64,000 bases of DNA from positions 62,001-126,000 of the forward strand of contig JAAOMT010000097.1 in NCBI GenBank assembly GCA_016748015.1, in the 5' to 3' direction. The stretch's first letter is position 1. Each line of letters opens with the position of its first letter. The position numbers were made by a program, and so were the translations under genes. The stretch comes from Geosiphon pyriformis uo1. Lineage: Eukaryota > Fungi > Glomeromycota. Below, one piece after another: positions 28,151-39,401 of this stretch. Under the pieces are notes generated by a model, which saw only the letters and a list, made by a program, of their open reading frames with translations, was not told the origin of the DNA and ran no database searches.

Positions 28151-29867
28151 AGAGAAAGTAATTTGAAAAATCTCACTCATTTATAACGATTATGGAGCAA
28201 TGTATTTGATTTTCCTAATACCAGAAGGAAACTTTGAATCACTCAATTAGTCAAGAGTAGTTTGTTTTTCAGAAGTTTTTGGTAGGTGGGCAATTTGATG
28301 AGACACTATTTACCTGGCGATAATAGTAACATCATTTTGACACGAAAAATTTGATAAATTGAAAATTTAATTTGTCATAATGAAGATAGAATCATATTAT
28401 AATCGAACCATGTATAGCTTGAAGAAGCAATTAATAGTATTTTTTTTTTTTTATCATCATTTTTGACTTTTTTTTTTTGAAAATTTCCCAATGATATGAT
28501 ATTTATGTATGATATCGTATTATATTTGACACTTATTTTACAATATTTTTTTCTAATATTTTTTTCCATCTTTGGTTAAATATTTTGAAGTTTTAAATAA
28601 AGTTTAGGGATTTTTTAGTGTGGAAATTTTTTTATCTTTTTTTTATTAAAATATTTTGTTTTAAATCATTGCAAAAAAAAAAAAAAAAGAATTGAAACTT
28701 TCGTATCATTTTAACCTTCATATAAATTGTAACCTTCGTATCATTTGGTAACCAAAATCTTTTTTTTTCAAAGAATCCAAACAGATTTTTCCAAAACAAT
28801 ATAGAAAATCGAAATTTTATTTTATGTTATATGATGTTATGTGATATATGGGGTACATTTCAAAACTATGAAAGTTTAAATATTAATTCTTGATGATATT
28901 TTTTAAACCGATTACACAATTTCATAAAGATTTATTTATTATATTATCACGATTGTAATAATAAATCTTTTTAGGGCTTTTTGTAGAAAGAAAAAACGTT
29001 AAAAATGCCTTAGGTATATAAAAATCTTTTATAATTTTGTATCCCTTTGGATTCTATTCAATTCAACGATACTTATAACTCGGAATTTTAATAAATATTT
29101 TACAATTCAATCATGTATTTTGTATTTTTGATATTAAATTTTTTTCTTTTCAAGTAAAAATTTTTTTTTTAACTTGAAAACATATATAATTTAAATTTTT
29201 AAAAAACTAAGGTTTTCGCACAAAATCGATCACAATAATTAATTAGGATATATTATAAGGTCATGAATAATTTTTCGATTTTAAAATATCTCATTTCACA
29301 AAACTGACAAAATTTTCTTTTTAAAACCATTTATGTTCATGATCTAACTACTAATTTTATCCAAGTCTTATAAAAAAAGTTCCAAAGAAAAAAAAAATTT
29401 TTGGGTAGAAAAAATATGAGCTGTAAATCTTGATAAAATTTTGAAAAAAGAATTATTAAAATGTTTTTTTAGGTCAAAAGATTATGGAATATTTTTGTGT
29501 GGTTTTATTTTATAGAATAGTGCTTTTATAATAGATATTAAAATTTTATGCTTTCTAAGGATTTAAGTTAATAATTAATTTTTTTAACATTTAATTATTG
29601 TAGTTTTTAATGAATAAAAAGTTTTTGTTTTTATGATTTTAAATTTAAGTTAATATATTTCTCTTTTTTAAAAATTAATAGCTTTTATTTTTATGATAAA
29701 TATTTTTTTTTAATTATTTTTAAAAATCCAATACAAATATTTTTAAAAAATTAATCAAAAATTTGAATCTTTTTTTATAATAATACTTTTAGTTTTAATT
29801 TAGAAATAATGTTTAATTATTATTATTATTATTATTAAAAAAATTTTACAGCTTTTTTTGAAAAAAA

Positions 29868-29904
<37 letters not shown>
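29868..29904. repeat. (GATA)n microsatellite
   Basis: About 9 ATAG units. Confidence 0.95.
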
Positions 29905-30258
29905 AATATTTATAGTAAATTTTTAATAAAGATAAAATCATGTATCTCAATTCCCATTTTTTAAATTAAAAATAAAATTCAAATTCATTAATTATTATTA
30001 TTTTATGTATTTTAAAAATATCATTTTTAAATAAAAACTTTTTAATTTCAAAATTATATATAAATCTATGCTTTGAATTTATTATTACAAATTTAAAAAC
30101 AAAAAAAAACAAAAAAAAACATTTACAAAATATTATTTTTTGTTATTTAGAACCATTATAAGAAAAGATCAAACATTAAACTTAAAATGCACAAAAAAAA
30201 TTGTTTTAACCATAAATACTTTAAAACCGTTTAAATCCATTATAATCATTTTAAACAC

Positions 30259-30297
<39 letters not shown>

Positions 30298-30840
30298 TTC
30301 AACCTCTATTCTAACCCTTTTTTCATAAAAATATAACTTTCTCACGCACGGAGTTAGGGAACCATATGACATTGTGCCCAGGAATAATGATGCATTATGT
30401 AATACTTAATTTTCTTCACTTCCCGTGTAGGACTGTAGAACGAAAAACCTCATCATCATCATCATCAATGCGTCTATTCTGACAAGAATTCCGCAATTAC
30501 GTTCCAAAATCGTTAGTAGCAAAGAACATTAAAGCACAGCGAACTCTAATTTTTGGTTTTTATCAATAAATTCCGTGATTCAAGAAAAATAAATTGCGTA
30601 CCACTACTAGACTTGAACAAATTCCATTATGTTTCGCCGGTGCATAAGTGGGATCATTTCAAATCGAGCCATTTACTTTCAATGATGAAAATCTGTTTTC
30701 AACCTCACATTCAATAATATAATAATAAATAATAATAATAATAATAAAAGATACTGTAAATTTATGAGACCGTAAATAAAAAAAAGTTTTTCAATGTTAT
30801 CAAGTCAATATATTGACTTTTAGGGTTAGTACAAAGAAAT

Positions 30841-30872
<32 letters not shown>

Positions 30873-31515
30873 GTAATCAAATTTATTTATACCCGAAAAG
30901 CCTAAATCTTTTTGAAATTCATACATAATGGTGGGAGCCTGATGATCGGAGTTGAGAAAAAAAAGTCCAATTAGATTTGAATTTGTTCCACGTTTGTGTT
31001 TTTTGAAAGAATTGATAATAATTCTTTTTACAAAGTTTCACTGATAGTTTTGCTCAGTAAGCCGCAGGAAACGTAGTAATCGATTATTCTAAAGAAGAGT
31101 AACAGGAACATAGATATAGCAAACAAAACCAGGTTTATTATGGATTCGAGTACAAAGATCCTTTAGCCAAAATGTGAATCAAATGAATTATATATTATCA
31201 CTATTATGATTATTATTATTATTATTATTATTATTCATTATCTTGCTGATCATGATGATACTTGCTTCGCCCATGACGACTTTGGTGATTGGATTCTCGG
31301 TGGGATGGCGAGCTTTGTATATTATATATAAATACAGTGAACGGTTCAAAAATTTAATTCTCAATTGAATCAATTGTATAATAGTAGTAATATAGAAAAA
31401 AATTACATATTAAATATCCGGGCATTATACTTTTACCTATTTTTTGTGGTTACTCTTTATCACTTTTCAAAAAAAATAAATTATATTCACTTTCAAATAA
31501 CAAAACATCTTTAAT

Positions 31516-32184
31516 ATGGAAACTGAAAATTGGGAAGAAATTGGTGAATGGGATGTTGATGAAGATGTAGAACTTGCAAAACGAATCACCGTCACTTCGG
31601 TGAACCCAAATCTGGGTATTGGAATTTTTAGTGCTTCTGCGATCAAAGCTGCGAACAACGGTATTGTTGCTTCAAATTCTATCAATTCAGCTGAAGACTC
31701 GGATGAAATGAATGAAGAGGATGAAGTATATGAATACATTGAGGCACATAAAAAAGCAACATTTGCCAATATCTTAAAAGGAAATACACGTCAATCGAAT
31801 AAAATTACTTCTTCTGTCCTTCCAACTACTACTACTACTACTACTACTACTTCAAAGGAGAAGCGTAAAAAACAAATTTTCACTAATCGAAAAGAGGACA
31901 CAGGTGCAGAAGGATTGGGCGATCACGAATGCAATTGTTTGGAAATTGGTGACCCATTTTCACCAACAGAGAACGAGGAAAAAAAATCTCGTAGTTCTCG
32001 AGTTCGAGAAAATATCGTAATTGCCAAACAACACAATCGACAACTATATGGTCGGTTGATTAGTAAGGAGGATGTAGAGGCTTCATTGTCTCGTGGTGAT
32101 ACGAATCGTAACAGGCAGTTTGTCGAGATGAAAGCTGCTAAAAAGGCTATGAAGAGTAAAAAGCGATTGAAGGATGCGAAGTAG
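31516..32184 (+). CDS. Hypothetical protein, 222 aa, single exon
   Basis: Long ORF with gene-like composition; acidic N-terminus, poly-Thr from (ACT)n, basic C-terminus; no family recognised. Confidence 0.75.
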   Translation: METENWEEIGEWDVDEDVELAKRITVTSVNPNLGIGIFSASAIKAANNGIVASNSINSAEDSDEMNEEDEVYEYIEAHKKATFANILKGNTRQSNKITSSVLPTTTTTTTTTSKEKRKKQIFTNRKEDTGAEGLGDHECNCLEIGDPFSPTENEEKKSRSSRVRENIVIAKQHNRQLYGRLISKEDVEASLSRGDTNRNRQFVEMKAAKKAMKSKKRLKDAK

Positions 32185-32660
32185 ATGACGAATTTTGTAT
32201 TTGTATTTTGAATAATTTTTAAAAGACAGTATTTATTAGTAAGGAATAATAGACAACAACACAATATACATGTATTGTATATTTTGTATTTTTCATATTT
32301 ACATGGCAATCAAGCCACTTTTGAATCAATAACGCGATTATAATTGTAAAAGAACTTTTTACTTGGTTTGTTTTTTATTATTATAAATTCGTATCTGTTT
32401 GAAGGTTTCAATTCTTTGTGCGAAACATGAAAGAATAAAGTAAACAGAAAAAGTCTAAAAATTAAACTTGATGTTGATAATGATGATAAATATCATGAAT
32501 AGGCTCTTGTTTACGTGATTGGCTAAATCAGCCTTAAAATGCTCAACTATTAACTACCTTTTACAGAAACTCCTATTGAAGTTAGCAAAAAATTAATTAG
32601 AATTAAAATTTCTTTCTTAAGCTTAGGAAAGACGAGACTTTTTTTAAAAGACACAATAAA

Positions 32661-33882
32661 ATGTCTGATCCAGAACTTACTACTATAGTCTGGCGTCACC
32701 AGGAATGGATACTTCAGGTAAAATCTATTTTTCCGTTGCTCAACTTTCTCTTTGATTTTACCTTTATTTTATATACAAATTTTTATCAACCACTTCTTCC
32801 CTACAATTCCTTCTTTTTGTAACCTCAGCAACCTAACGGACTCAACTCAAACAATGTACTCGATTACTTCTCCGAATCACCATTCTGGGAAAAGCACTGT
32901 AATAATGCGACGCTCAAAATGCAAACCCAGTTTAATGATTTAAAGGATCTGATGTTTGAATTAAAGTGAGTATTGGTTCTTAATCTTTTATCTGAGGTAT
33001 CGGCAAAGGAACAAGATTCATTTATTTATCATTATCTGTCAATTCGCTTTGATGATTTGCAAAGGAAAATGCGAGGAATCGAATTCCAAGTGGTACACGA
33101 ACGGCCACCTTGTCTTTGGGTCATACGTAAGCAGAGACGATGGGACGAGTCACAAGGTAATTATTATACTTTCTTGATGCATAGTCAATAATATTTTGAA
33201 GTTAAAATTCTTAAAACATAGCTGCCTGCATTTTTTTCAATGAAATAATTTCAAAGTTAACCCAACTTTATTGTTATCACCTTTATTCTGCAGTAACACC
33301 TCTTGCCACTTATTATGTATACAAAGCAGACGTCTATCAAGCACCTGATCTTTATTCGATTCTTGCAAATCGTGTGGTGAGCTGAAAATAAGTTTTCACT
33401 GTATAAGAATTAATTTTTATTATTTCACTAAAATAGTGTAATATTAAAAATCTATGATACAGTTGATCAGTCTTTGGTCATTGAACATGGCATTTAATGC
33501 ATGCTATGAGCAAGTAGATTTTCATCCTGCTACCGGTTATACGTGGAAGACCGCAGAATCACAGGAATTAAAAGAGAACGATAAAAAGAGTGAGCAAAAG
33601 TGTTTATATATTGCAGTTTCATCTGGCTATTAAATTTTCCTAATCACCTTCCTCCCCCCGATAACAGAGATCAAAGTAATTGCTCAAGAATCAAAAGAAG
33701 CTACCGAATTTCGTTTAAACACTACAAGAGCATTAGATGCTGCCAATAGCAAGATAGCTGATCGGAGAGCCGAGGCCCTTCGAATATTAAATGAAATGGC
33801 TACACCTGCAGGAAAAAGTGCTGATGCTGATGGGATCAGTTCACCTCATAACTTGCCTCAAAAAAGGCGAGCAGCTGGGTAA
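32661..33882 (+). CDS. MED6: Mediator subunit 6 (multi-exon)
   Basis: WRHQEW; NVLDYFSESPFWEKHCNN...LKMQ; GIEF...LWVIRKQRR; PLATYYV...VYQAPDLYSILANR; FHPATGYTW. The 3' end is approximate. Confidence 0.93.
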
Positions 33883-34361
33883 AACTTTCAATAAGATAGT
33901 TTTCATATTCTTTGGTTAGCAAAACATCATAATTGACATCAGGAAAGTGAAAATATATTTATTTTTTCTAATGTATATTAATTGTATATAAATTGCCATC
34001 TCAAAAGATAATATTTTGTAGATTTATCGAACAATTGTCAAATATATTTAAGATTTTTGAGCAATCGATTCCTTTAAAATCCTCACCAAACTTTACACAA
34101 TCGCCAATCAATAATGTGTTAAAGCTCATATGCTGATTGTATATTTGAAAGTACGAGTTGCACTAATTTATCAATAGTAATATCTGATCATAGTCTCTTT
34201 TAGTTATGGACCAAATATGGTTAAAAGCTTCGATTATTAATTAAAACCCAGCCAATATATCAACAAAAAAAGTTTAGCAAATGATATATCGGTTCTCCTA
34301 ATGGGTCAACATAATTGCGATACAATATGATAAAAATGGCCTAGAGTTATCATAAAATTCA

Positions 34362-34462
34362 GCTCCCTTGGCCTAGAGGTTAAGGCGTCGTGCTTATAGG
34401 TGACCTATCCTATACAGGAGCACTAAACGCGAAGTACGCGGGTTCGAATCCCGCAGGGAGCA
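34362..34462 (+). tRNA. tRNA-Ile(TAT) with 28-nt intron (34399-34426)
   Basis: Acceptor GCTCCCT/AGGGAGC-A; D stem GCCT/AGGC; anticodon stem TCGTG/CGCGA with loop CT-TAT-A^A; T arm GCGGG-TTCGAAT-CCCGC; T5 run at 34501. Confidence 0.96.
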
Positions 34463-34869
34463 ATTATTACAATCAAAACATATTGATTGTAAAAAGGTTA
34501 TTTTTGTTGGAATTTAGGGAAAAAGAAAAGTGAACATTCTACAAAATATTTGCGTGATAGTGTATACAATTGGTAACAAACTTTTGGAAATTTGTAATTT
34601 GTAATTATCAGTTAAAAAGTTTGGGGTACAAAAATTATTATTATTTCATTGAATAATTCACCAAACTAGAATTTCATTATTTGGATGTCCATATTTTAAT
34701 GTTCGTAATAAACCCCTCAAAAATAATTTGATTGAACTTTTCGAGATATTGACTCATTATAATTTTTTTTTAAAATCTACTCGTTGACTAGAAAATGCGT
34801 AAATCTCTTGAACCCGGAATCACTTTTAAATTATAATTATTATTTTGGGTAAATCGTTGTAGTATCCCA

Positions 34870-34952
34870 TGCTATTGCTATTGGTTTTGCTATTGCTATT
34901 GCTATTCCTATTGCTATTCCTATTGCTATTGCTATTGCTATTGCTTTTGCTA
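34870..34952. repeat. Imperfect (ATTGCT)n hexamer repeat
   Basis: About 13 units; the source of the spurious IAIAIA ORF. Confidence 0.9.
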
Positions 34953-37186
34953 TTATATAAATCTCTTTACACACTTTCTCCAAACTTAAAAGCTTAATAT
35001 CATATGTTCCCAAAGAATTTTTTGAATAAATCATCGAGCCGATTCCTTTACTACCTTTTATGTACTTTTATAATAAGATGAATTTTTTAGCTTTAGAATA
35101 TATTTGAATATATATTTTTTTTAATTTGATAAGTTCCTTAAAAATTTTTTTTTCTGAGAAAAAGTTTTTACGTGGTATAAAAAAAAAAAAAAACTCGATT
35201 TTTGAATATTCTGCCTGAAATACGAAAAAAAAAAAAAAAAAAAAAAAAACTTTCAGGTTTCCACGAAATATGGGGGATGCTGTAACAAAATCAGATAAAG
35301 TGAACGGGTGACGTCACTGACTTGGCAATCTTTTGGCATCTCTCTACTTCGTATTCTCCCCACAATTACTAACACTCTTGAATGTTGTCGCGAAACATTT
35401 CTTTTGGGCATACCACAATATCCGACATACCATATGACACAGTTAAGCATTCATGAAGCTTGCTGTTTAGAGACAAGATCGTGAGGATACCCTCTTTGGC
35501 GGGTTGTTATACCTATGTGCAAACTTTCTCCATAGTTGTATACTCCTTCAAGTCTTTTGCCAGAAAGCATTATGTCGAGCCCGTTTATTAATATTTTTGT
35601 GTCTCTTTTTTTTTTTTTTTTTTTTATTCTTCTCTTTTTGAAAAGTTATATCTTGAAAATATATATTCACTTTTACATTACTCAAATTAATTTTATTTTT
35701 ATTTAGCATTAAAATTCACTATTTGAATAAACAATATTTCTATCTTTTTTCATCAAAATCTTATTTACACTTTTAAAAATTTAAATTTATTTTATGATAA
35801 ATAAATAAATATTGTTTTGATTATATATTATAGAAATATTATAAAATAAATATTTAAATAAGTATTAAAACAAATTTTCAAATAATTATTAAAACAAATA
35901 AAATATTAATTTGTTTAATATTAAATTTATTAAAATAATAATTACTATTATTATTATTAATTAATTAATTAATTAATTAATTAATGATTTTTTTTTGAAT
36001 TTTATATTAATATATATTATTTTAATTTTAATTTATAAATATTTATAGTAAATTAAATTTAATATAGATTTAAAAGAAAAAAAACTGTATAATATGTAAA
36101 AATTTCAACATTTTATTTATTCTTAATTTGGTATGATTATTTTCGATATTTGTATTTTTTTTTTTTTTTAATAAAACAAAAGAATACTTTTATAATTATA
36201 TATTGACTTTTTGTTAAAAATCCATTTAAAAATGTCACTTGTTCAAACCAATAATATACAATAATAATTACTATGAAAGATTAGCTTAAAATCTCTATTA
36301 ACAAATTGAACCCAGAACTAATTCTACTGATCAAGAATGAGCAACTATTAAAGGATGGCAAGGTCCAAATCGAAAACTATTATAAGCGGTGGAATAAACG
36401 TGGCCTTTAAGTTATTGGGTTAATATGTAAGTAGGAGCGCCAACCAAACCTCTCATTTTTACTTGCGAATAGTGCCTCTTTTGGAGACGAAATAGCCCTC
36501 ACATTAATGGTATCGATCAAGAAACTTAAAATGAAATTGGTAAATTGTTAAGAGTTAATGGTGAAAATTTAAGATGGTGATACTTGTCATAACTTTTCGC
36601 CAAAGATTGAGCTCGGATAAAAGGGTGCAAAAATTTGAAGAGAAGAAGCAGAAATCCCTTCAACTTATGATTATTCGGACTCGAAATTTGTAGTTAATTT
36701 GTTTCCCAAATATAAATTGTGAAGGTTTTTAATGCCATATGAAGGCAGTAGAAAAATCAAAGATAATGAATTAAAAGGAAGTTATGCCTTTGAATGAAAG
36801 AAAAACTCCGCGATCCAGAAAGCTATGCAAAAAAGTGTGGTAAAACTAAACAATTAGAGAGAGAAAGCACTTTGAGTCGAATATCATCAATGTAATTATG
36901 GCAATAACAGCAGCACGCCAATATCAGTATCTTCTTTCGTCTAATAATCAGTGTCAATGCTACCTGGCTTTTTCAACAGAATTACTCATTTATGTGGAGG
37001 AACCTCATCATGATAAAACGTATCATGCAAATGGGTAAAGAAGAATTATTTTTAAAGACTCTTCTATTCTTATTGCTTCATTTGGTCAAATTTTTACGTG
37101 GGGAGAGCAAGTCTTCATACCAAAAATTTTGGTCGCTTGTGATCCTCTAAAAACCAGATTACCTAAAAGACAAAAAATTTTGAAAA

Positions 37187-38618
37187 ATGTCTTGCTCATA
37201 TAAAGCGGCATTTTTTACGGTACCTCCTTATTTGCAACCAATTTGTGAGGTAGTTACCGTATGGATTTTTACCACGTTATTCTCTATACCGGCTTGCTTC
37301 GCTGTAATTTTCGTGGACGCGCCAATGAATCTTTGGAAATATTATACCTCACAAGTTCCAAAGACCATCGTTATTACTGATTCTAGGTGAGTCAGTTTAC
37401 GGAGGGTTCTTAAAGATCTATGAAAATATTAGAAAAGGATACAGAGCTTCGGATAAATAAGCGTCTCTATGAGAAAATTTTTGATATTCAGCAAATTTGA
37501 ATGAGGGAAATTTAATAAAAAACGCGTAAAAGATTTTTTATTTAAATTATGAAACTTGATTAAAAAGTTCAGGGATTGGAGGGGCATTGGCAAATACCTA
37601 CGCAGATCTTAATACTAATCTCGGCTTAATTGGTCGAGATAAAGGTGAATTAGAGATTTGAAAATTACTGAAAAAATCCACTTTGGAAATTAATATCGGA
37701 CTTTTATTGAAACAATACTTTGAAAGACCGATTAGAAAAGGTGGCGCAGGCGTGTCGAAGAAAAGGCGCAATCGTCGAAATTATGAAGATTGAATTCTCC
37801 AATTGCGAACAGTTGGCACAAGAATTGGAACGGTTCGATGAAAAGTATAAGATTGATCTATTGTTTACTAACGCTGGTACCTGTTCGAATACTACTTTGA
37901 TCCTTGTTCGCTCTGTTTGCCTATCGATATCAACCACTTGGTCTTAATATTATGAAAATCTTTATTTCAATATGAAAATTTGTTTTTTTTTTAGCTCAAG
38001 CAGGCGTGAGCAATAACGAATTTGGCCTAAGAGATTGGACGAATCAATGGGAATATTTTACTAGCTCTAACATCACTGGGAACATCGAAACAGTGATGGC
38101 AGTCTTTAAACGAATGCAAAGACGGAAGCATGGCCAGATAGCAAGTAAGTCCTGTATAATTAATTTCCAAACTACTCAAGCAGCTGTTTTTAAAAAAATT
38201 CTTTTCAGTTATGCTACCAGTAGTCGGCTTGACATTCATTCCCCAGATGTGTTACTACAACGCCAGCAAAGCAGCGCTTCTCTCGCTCGCACGTGACATT
38301 CGCTACATAGGCCGTACAGATAACATCCGTGTGAATGTCATCTCCCCTGGGATTGCTAAAGGTCAATCGATGCCTGTGGCTACCTGGCTCGTGGGTGATA
38401 TGAATACGTTGGCACAACGTATTAAAAATCAATTATATGCGGATGTGTTTTTGATTGGATGGCCGTTCAGTGAGGATTTGGTGTTTTTTGGATTATCGGT
38501 GTTGCCGCCTCGTGTTGCTGAGATTGTGCATTGGGCGATTGCTAAAGCTTGGGGCAAATATCAGAATCGGGTGATAGACCATTTAGTTGAGGTAAAGAAG
38601 GGGCGAATACCAGAATAG
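37187..38618 (+). CDS. SDR-family paralog with altered cofactor-binding and catalytic motifs (5 exons)
   Basis: Colinear with the SDR at 26768-28005 (MSC...P..LQP..E...VW..TT.FSIP; PQMCYYNA.KAAL.S..RD.RY.GR.DN); the first three intron positions are shared. Confidence 0.88.
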
Positions 38619-39401
38619 AACTTAGACAATCATTCTAAAAAGTAGCTTATTACCATTAGAAAAAATAGAGAGCTGCTGAGGGTCTGATTTCTGGTTTCTA
38701 GAATTTTTGAGAATCTGTCATGCATCCTCATAAATTAAAATTTTTTTGACAATCTTGATATGAAAAAATATTAACCAAAAAAGGATGATGACAAACATTT
38801 ACTATTTTAATTGGTCATTAAACAACATTTCAGCGAAAAATCCAACCGGACAAAAAAAAAGATGGTAAAATCCCAAACCAAAACACCTAATGCTTTTTGA
38901 TTTATCGCCGTGAATATATGAAAGCTTTAAAAAACAATGGCTACGAATTTAAACAGCTTGAAATTTCTGTAATAGCTTCTGAAGCTTGAGGTTTTGAATC
39001 AAAATCAGTATCATGAAATTGTCCAGGATGCAGCTAAACTTATACCAGAAATGAGGACCCCGTTTCTTACGTTGATAGTGATTAGAAGGTTTATGTTTAC
39101 CAAAAGCTCGAGCTATGCTCCCCATGACAACTCTGTAACCATCTGTTTTTGAAACGCCAAACATTTCCCAAACAAAAAGGTCGAGAAATTTTTTTTTCGT
39201 GAGATTGAGATATCTACTGAAGCGCAAGAAGCTTTCTTGGCCGTTCCTAGTTCCTTCTTGGAGATCTCTGCAAAATTACGATTTTTCCCGCATAGTTTAT
39301 TGCAAATTGTAAAAAAATTTCATTCAAAGCATTAAAACAGGCTTAATTCAAAATGTAAAATCAAATTTAAGGGTTAATTAAAGTCTTGATCAAATTTATT
39401 A

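Noticed and set aside
30651-30690. GGATCATTTC resembling U3 box A
   Set aside because: Lacks the following TATAG and any box B/C/D framework; the downstream sequence is AAT repeat.
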